Positions 59,944-64,000 of a stretch of DNA of 64,000 nucleotides are shown here, in pieces. The stretch covers positions 64,001 through 128,000 of the forward strand of contig JAHLVW010000062.1 of the NCBI GenBank assembly GCA_019058275.1. The letters are read 5' to 3'. Under the pieces are notes generated by a model that saw nothing but the letters and a program-made list of their open reading frames with translations, searched no databases and had not been told where the DNA came from. Numbering within the stretch: position 1 is the first letter of the stretch; the number at the start of each line of letters is the position of its first letter. This stretch comes from Candidatus Heimdallarchaeota archaeon. Lineage in GTDB: Archaea; Asgardarchaeota; Heimdallarchaeia; JABLTI01. Position numbers and translations under genes: made by a program.

Positions 59944-62900
59944 TCATTTGACTTGTGCAAGGATTGACTCTAATTCTGATAAAATATCATTAAACCCTAA
60001 TTTCCTACACATTTTGATATCATGTTCGATTCTTTCTTTTATAGTACGAATATCTTTTGAAGTAACAATAGATGATTCTTTTTTATCTAGCCACGAATAG
60101 TATTCATCGATGTTTTTATCTAACATTGAACGAGAAGTTAAGTAGACACGATTACCTTCTAAAGTAAATCCTTTAGCTTCAGAGAATTCATTGATTGTTT
60201 GCTTTACTTCTCCTCTGTTTAGTTTCTTGTCTAGATAAGTGGATATCTCCTTAACAGTTAAGCTTTCAACACCAGAATCTCTTTGTTTTGCAAGGTAACG
60301 AAACATTTTCTGTTCGGGTTGTGTGGTCCAATAAATAGTAAAGAACACTCCTAGAAGTACAATAATACCAACTGCAATTCCTCCACCAATAGATACATAG
60401 ATCATTCTCAACCTTTGGTCAGGATTACTATTTGGATTGTTTGGATTAGTTCCAGCAGTGACTTCATCTAAATCTGATGCTCCATCACCATCAGAATCTA
60501 ATCTATTTGGATTTGTGAAATAGGTTTTCACTTCTTCTCCATCTAATAAGCCATCGTCATCGCTGTCTGCGTCTAAAGGATCAGTATTTGCTGCCATTTC
60601 TTCTATATTCGTCAATCCATCAACATCATAGTCTTCATTTGCATCAGCGAGAGAGGCATTAGTTCCAGCTTCAACTTCCCATTGATCACCCATACCGTCA
60701 GAATCCGTGTCTGAGTTGTGTGGATTGGTTCCTGCTTGATATTCTTCTACATTAGACAATCCATCGGAGTCATCATCAAAGATACCATCCTCAACAAGAG
60801 GATCAAAGAGATTGTCGACTTCCCATCCGTCAGACATTCCATCATCATCTGTATCACTTTTAGTTGGGTTAGTACCTAACAGATATTCTTCATAATTAGT
60901 AAGACCATCTAGATCATAATCAAGAGTAGCATCATCTTCCAATGGATTTGTATTATAGGTGATTTCCCATGCATCAAGCATTAAGTCACCATCTGTATCG
61001 TCGTTATTAGGATCGGGATGAACGTATCCAGTAGAATTTGCACCAGGATTATTTGTTTTATATAAACCGTAAACTTCTTCATAATCACTTAATTGATCAT
61101 TATCAGAATCACTATTGTTAAAATCTGTAAATAAATAACCTGTTAGATTTGCATCCGGATGATAGGGATTGTATATACCTAAAACTTCTAGACCATCACT
61201 TAATTGATCAGCATCCGTGTCATCACTTAAAGGACTATTTGTTGTTATCCAGCCAGTAGCATTAGCATAGGGATGATCTGGTGTATAATAGCCGAGAATT
61301 TCTTCTCCATCATTTAAACCATCAGAATCTGAATCATATGCATTCGGTCTTATGCCACCTATTAATCCTTCCGAATAGTTATATTCAAAATAATTGGTTA
61401 AACCATCACTATCTAGATCTAGATTAGCATCATCGCTTAATGGATCAAGTGTATAGTACACTTCATAGAAATCACGCATACCATCTGTATCTGTGTCATT
61501 TGATAAAGGATTAGTTCCCAAAGCGATTTCTTCTCCATCTTTTAATTGGTCATCATCGGAATCAGAATCGGTAGGGTCTGTGAAATAGGTATAAATCTCG
61601 ACATAATCATCCAAACCATCGGAATCTGAATCATCATTCATAGGATCTGTATAAAATCCATCTACTCCTAAGAAAGCTTCTTCAGAATCATAAATTGTAT
61701 CACCATCTGTGTCATTGTTTAAAGGATCTAAACCATAGAAATAGTCGTTAGTTGCGTATTTGTTATTTGGAGAATGTAAACCATAGAATTCAATACCATC
61801 AAGTAAGGTGTCGCCATCTGTGTCTGCGATTAATGGGTTAGTAAAAACATCATTAATCTCATAACCATCGTACAATAAGTCACTATCATTATCGAGTGAA
61901 ATGACCTCTAACCCATCAATACCATCTGATAGGTAAGCGAATTCATCTCTTGCTGTGATACCTAAACCGTCTCCACCATCATTGAATCGTCCACTGAATT
62001 CGATGTTTTGGACATCTGTAATGTTAAACATTCTTAATCCAATATCATTGTCATAGGAAACGAAAGCAGTATTGTTTAAAGTAAAGATGTCTAAAGCAAC
62101 ATTACCGTCAGTGTACCAATCGAGTATTGAAAAATCTGGGAAACTGTAAAGTGAGAGAATGTAAAATCCACTTTTATCTGCAACAAAAGCTCGATAATCA
62201 TCTCTAATATCTATACTATACACTCCTTCAGATAATCCCTCCTTATTCCAATAACCATTGTTCCATTGGGGACTGAGAGGATCAGTAACAGTATACCTTC
62301 TTACACCATAGTTGGCATCGGCAACATAAACGTAATCAGTAAATGTGTCAACATCACGGAAATCTACTTCAGAGGTATCAGATTTTGCTGCATAGACAGG
62401 ATTATCTGGATCAACGATGTCTATAGCAGCTAAACCTAATCCTCCACATGCAAGATAAGCAGCAGAACCTCTGATTGTTATAGCATAGCATTCATAACCT
62501 TGAAGATCTTCTTTCACATCTCCAATCTTTGTCGGAGCAGTAATCATACTTATGTCCAATATAACGAAACCATTTGATCCATAAGCTACAAACAAATAAG
62601 TTTCATTTTGCCATATACCTCTAGCAATTGCAATGGTACCATCTTGAAAAAAGCTTACTTCAGTGACATTTGCTTTGTCAGATATATCTAGAATTCTCAC
62701 ACCATCTGTTCCAGCTGCAACGTAAGCATAATTATCATCAACAACGACTTCATAAACTAAATCAGTTCCAGACCAATTACCTATTTGACTGTAATCATGT
62801 GGAATTGCATTTATACCTAACATCTCATCTTTTGACAGTATTTCTGTTTCTTCAAAATAGTCAATTTTTAATTGATTTTCATCCCTAATGCTACTATCTT

Positions 62901-62985
62901 GTTGGTGCGGTTGAAATGTACAACTTATTAAAACAAATGCTACCAACGAATAGAGCATTACTCGTTTTATAGTATTCAAAGTCAT
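59944..62985 (-). CDS. Large surface protein: LVIVD repeats, about 19 TSP3-like Ca-binding repeats, TM and cytoplasmic winged-helix-like tail
   Basis: YAYVAAGTDGVRILDISD-type repeats, D(S/T)DxDG(L/M)xDxxE...TNP repeats, a TM near residues 865-890, and LTVKEISTYL. Confidence 0.8.
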   Translation of the reverse strand: MTLNTIKRVMLYSLVAFVLISCTFQPHQQDSSIRDENQLKIDYFEETEILSKDEMLGINAIPHDYSQIGNWSGTDLVYEVVVDDNYAYVAAGTDGVRILDISDKANVTEVSFFQDGTIAIARGIWQNETYLFVAYGSNGFVILDISMITAPTKIGDVKEDLQGYECYAITIRGSAAYLACGGLGLAAIDIVDPDNPVYAAKSDTSEVDFRDVDTFTDYVYVADANYGVRRYTVTDPLSPQWNNGYWNKEGLSEGVYSIDIRDDYRAFVADKSGFYILSLYSFPDFSILDWYTDGNVALDIFTLNNTAFVSYDNDIGLRMFNITDVQNIEFSGRFNDGGDGLGITARDEFAYLSDGIDGLEVISLDNDSDLLYDGYEINDVFTNPLIADTDGDTLLDGIEFYGLHSPNNKYATNDYFYGLDPLNNDTDGDTIYDSEEAFLGVDGFYTDPMNDDSDSDGLDDYVEIYTYFTDPTDSDSDDDQLKDGEEIALGTNPLSNDTDTDGMRDFYEVYYTLDPLSDDANLDLDSDGLTNYFEYNYSEGLIGGIRPNAYDSDSDGLNDGEEILGYYTPDHPYANATGWITTNSPLSDDTDADQLSDGLEVLGIYNPYHPDANLTGYLFTDFNNSDSDNDQLSDYEEVYGLYKTNNPGANSTGYVHPDPNNDDTDGDLMLDAWEITYNTNPLEDDATLDYDLDGLTNYEEYLLGTNPTKSDTDDDGMSDGWEVDNLFDPLVEDGIFDDDSDGLSNVEEYQAGTNPHNSDTDSDGMGDQWEVEAGTNASLADANEDYDVDGLTNIEEMAANTDPLDADSDDDGLLDGEEVKTYFTNPNRLDSDGDGASDLDEVTAGTNPNNPNSNPDQRLRMIYVSIGGGIAVGIIVLLGVFFTIYWTTQPEQKMFRYLAKQRDSGVESLTVKEISTYLDKKLNRGEVKQTINEFSEAKGFTLEGNRVYLTSRSMLDKNIDEYYSWLDKKESSIVTSKDIRTIKERIEHDIKMCRKLGFNDILSELESILAQVK

Positions 62986-63157
62986 TGTTTATTTTACCTC
63001 GAGAAACTATTCATTTCTTCAGTTTTTTAACAACTTGTCTTGTATAAAAATTCTACTCTCTATTTTAATTTTTATATATCCTCGGAGAACCAGAGGTTTT
63101 ATTTAGTTTATTATTCATTCTATTAGACTATTAGAAAGTGATTCCAAGGTTTTTGTT

Positions 63158-64000
63158 ATGAGAGCATTAGTTACAGGTGCCACAGGTTTTCTTGGATCAC
63201 ATTTAGTTGAAGAATTATTAGTTAACGATTATCAAGTATCAGTATTAGTTCGTAAAACAAGCAATTTAGAATACCTTGAAAATCTGTCAGAACTAACTAT
63301 TCTCTATGGTGATCTAAACGATGTTAATAGTTTAGTTCTGGCATTTAGAGATCAAGATATCATTTTTCATAATGCTTCTGCCTTTAATGAGTGGGGTCCA
63401 TACAAATTCTTCCATCAGCACAATGTTGTTGGAACAAAGAATGTTGTAAATGCTGCATTGAAAAATAGCCTTGAAAAAATTGTTTACACAAGCACAGCTG
63501 ATATATACAAATATGATAAAATTGATTCTTATAATGAAAATTCAAAAATCAAACCATATGGCAATTATCAAAAATCAAAAATTAGAGCTGAAAAAGTATT
63601 AGATGAATGTAGTAGTGAATATGGTTTAAAAATATCCAAAATTCGACCTCCAGGAATTATGGGTCCAAGAAATGATTATATGGCTGCAAGAATTGCCAAT
63701 AGCGTTTCACAGAGAAGAGTTCCTCTTATTGGGTCAGGTAAACAAATAAAATCATATGTTGATGTTCGCGACGCAGCTTTTTGCTTAAGATTGGCAGCAG
63801 AAAATGAAAATGCATTCGGAAAAAACCTCAATGTAACTTCCTTTGAAGCTAATGTTACGGATTATTGGAGTACAGCTGCTACAATTTTGGAAAAGGAAAT
63901 TGAGTTTATTCATTATCCATATTCAATTGCTTATTTCTTTGGTTTTTTGTCAGAGGTTATTGGTAAAATTACTTTTCGAAAAAATGTTCCCAGAGCAACT
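63158..64000 (+). CDS. NAD-dependent epimerase/dehydratase (3-beta-HSD-like), runs off the window end
   Basis: MRALVTGATGFLGSHL, NVVGTKNV, YTST, YQKSK (YxxxK) and IRPPGIMGP. Confidence 0.88.
   Translation, partial: MRALVTGATGFLGSHLVEELLVNDYQVSVLVRKTSNLEYLENLSELTILYGDLNDVNSLVLAFRDQDIIFHNASAFNEWGPYKFFHQHNVVGTKNVVNAALKNSLEKIVYTSTADIYKYDKIDSYNENSKIKPYGNYQKSKIRAEKVLDECSSEYGLKISKIRPPGIMGPRNDYMAARIANSVSQRRVPLIGSGKQIKSYVDVRDAAFCLRLAAENENAFGKNLNVTSFEANVTDYWSTAATILEKEIEFIHYPYSIAYFFGFLSEVIGKITFRKNVPRAT

Noticed and set aside
60420-61900. DNA-level repeats as a CRISPR array or tandem repeat element (also 47400-48050)
   Set aside because: They are degenerate codon-level echoes of protein repeats (DxDxDG and ETFSGDI) inside ORFs, with no constant repeat-spacer structure.
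1519-62888. Short ORFs antisense to, or out of frame within, confident genes (e.g. 1519-1812, 11572-11817, 18203-18481, 39958-40590, 53691-53912)
   Set aside because: They overlap well-supported CDSs and have no motifs, so they are shadow ORFs.
1-64000. Genome-wide reassignment of TGA to Trp or another amino acid
   Set aside because: Well-conserved genes (gap, Rab GTPase, ABC ATPase, flavin reductase) end at TGA at their expected C-termini, and Trp is normally encoded by TGG.

Overview
This is an AT-rich archaeal chromosomal segment. Gene content points to Asgardarchaeota, probably Heimdallarchaeia-like (inference): a Rab-like and a truncated Arf-like small GTPase, three longin-like domain proteins, a RING-like finger, a Heimdall-type secreted protein, and H4MPT C1 enzymes (Mtd, Ftr). 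Housekeeping and metabolic genes include type I GAPDH, tungsten AOR, a membrane pyrophosphatase, an acyl-CoA dehydratase/activase operon, an M20 peptidase, an MBL-rhodanese and a MutY-like glycosylase. I saw no rRNA, tRNA, CRISPR array or transposase. The main points of interest are: (1) a short TGT paralog with Glu at the usual nucleophile-Asp position, co-oriented with a stand-alone ArcS-like domain gene; (2) a degenerate SLOG-wHTH / DUF6884-like / minimal nucleotidyltransferase operon divergent from a SAMHD1-like HD hydrolase; (3) a ~6.2 kb ABC-exporter island inserted in a cupin gene between diverged 71-bp direct repeats; (4) a radical SAM gene patch splitting a secreted-protein gene; (5) two genes each interrupted by one in-frame TGA; (6) membrane receptor-like proteins with Ca-binding DxDxDG repeats and cytoplasmic winged-helix or RING-like tails; (7) a membrane-tethered HTH regulator next to a secreted protein with palindromic operator-like sites. 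All family assignments come from motif recognition by eye, not from database searches.
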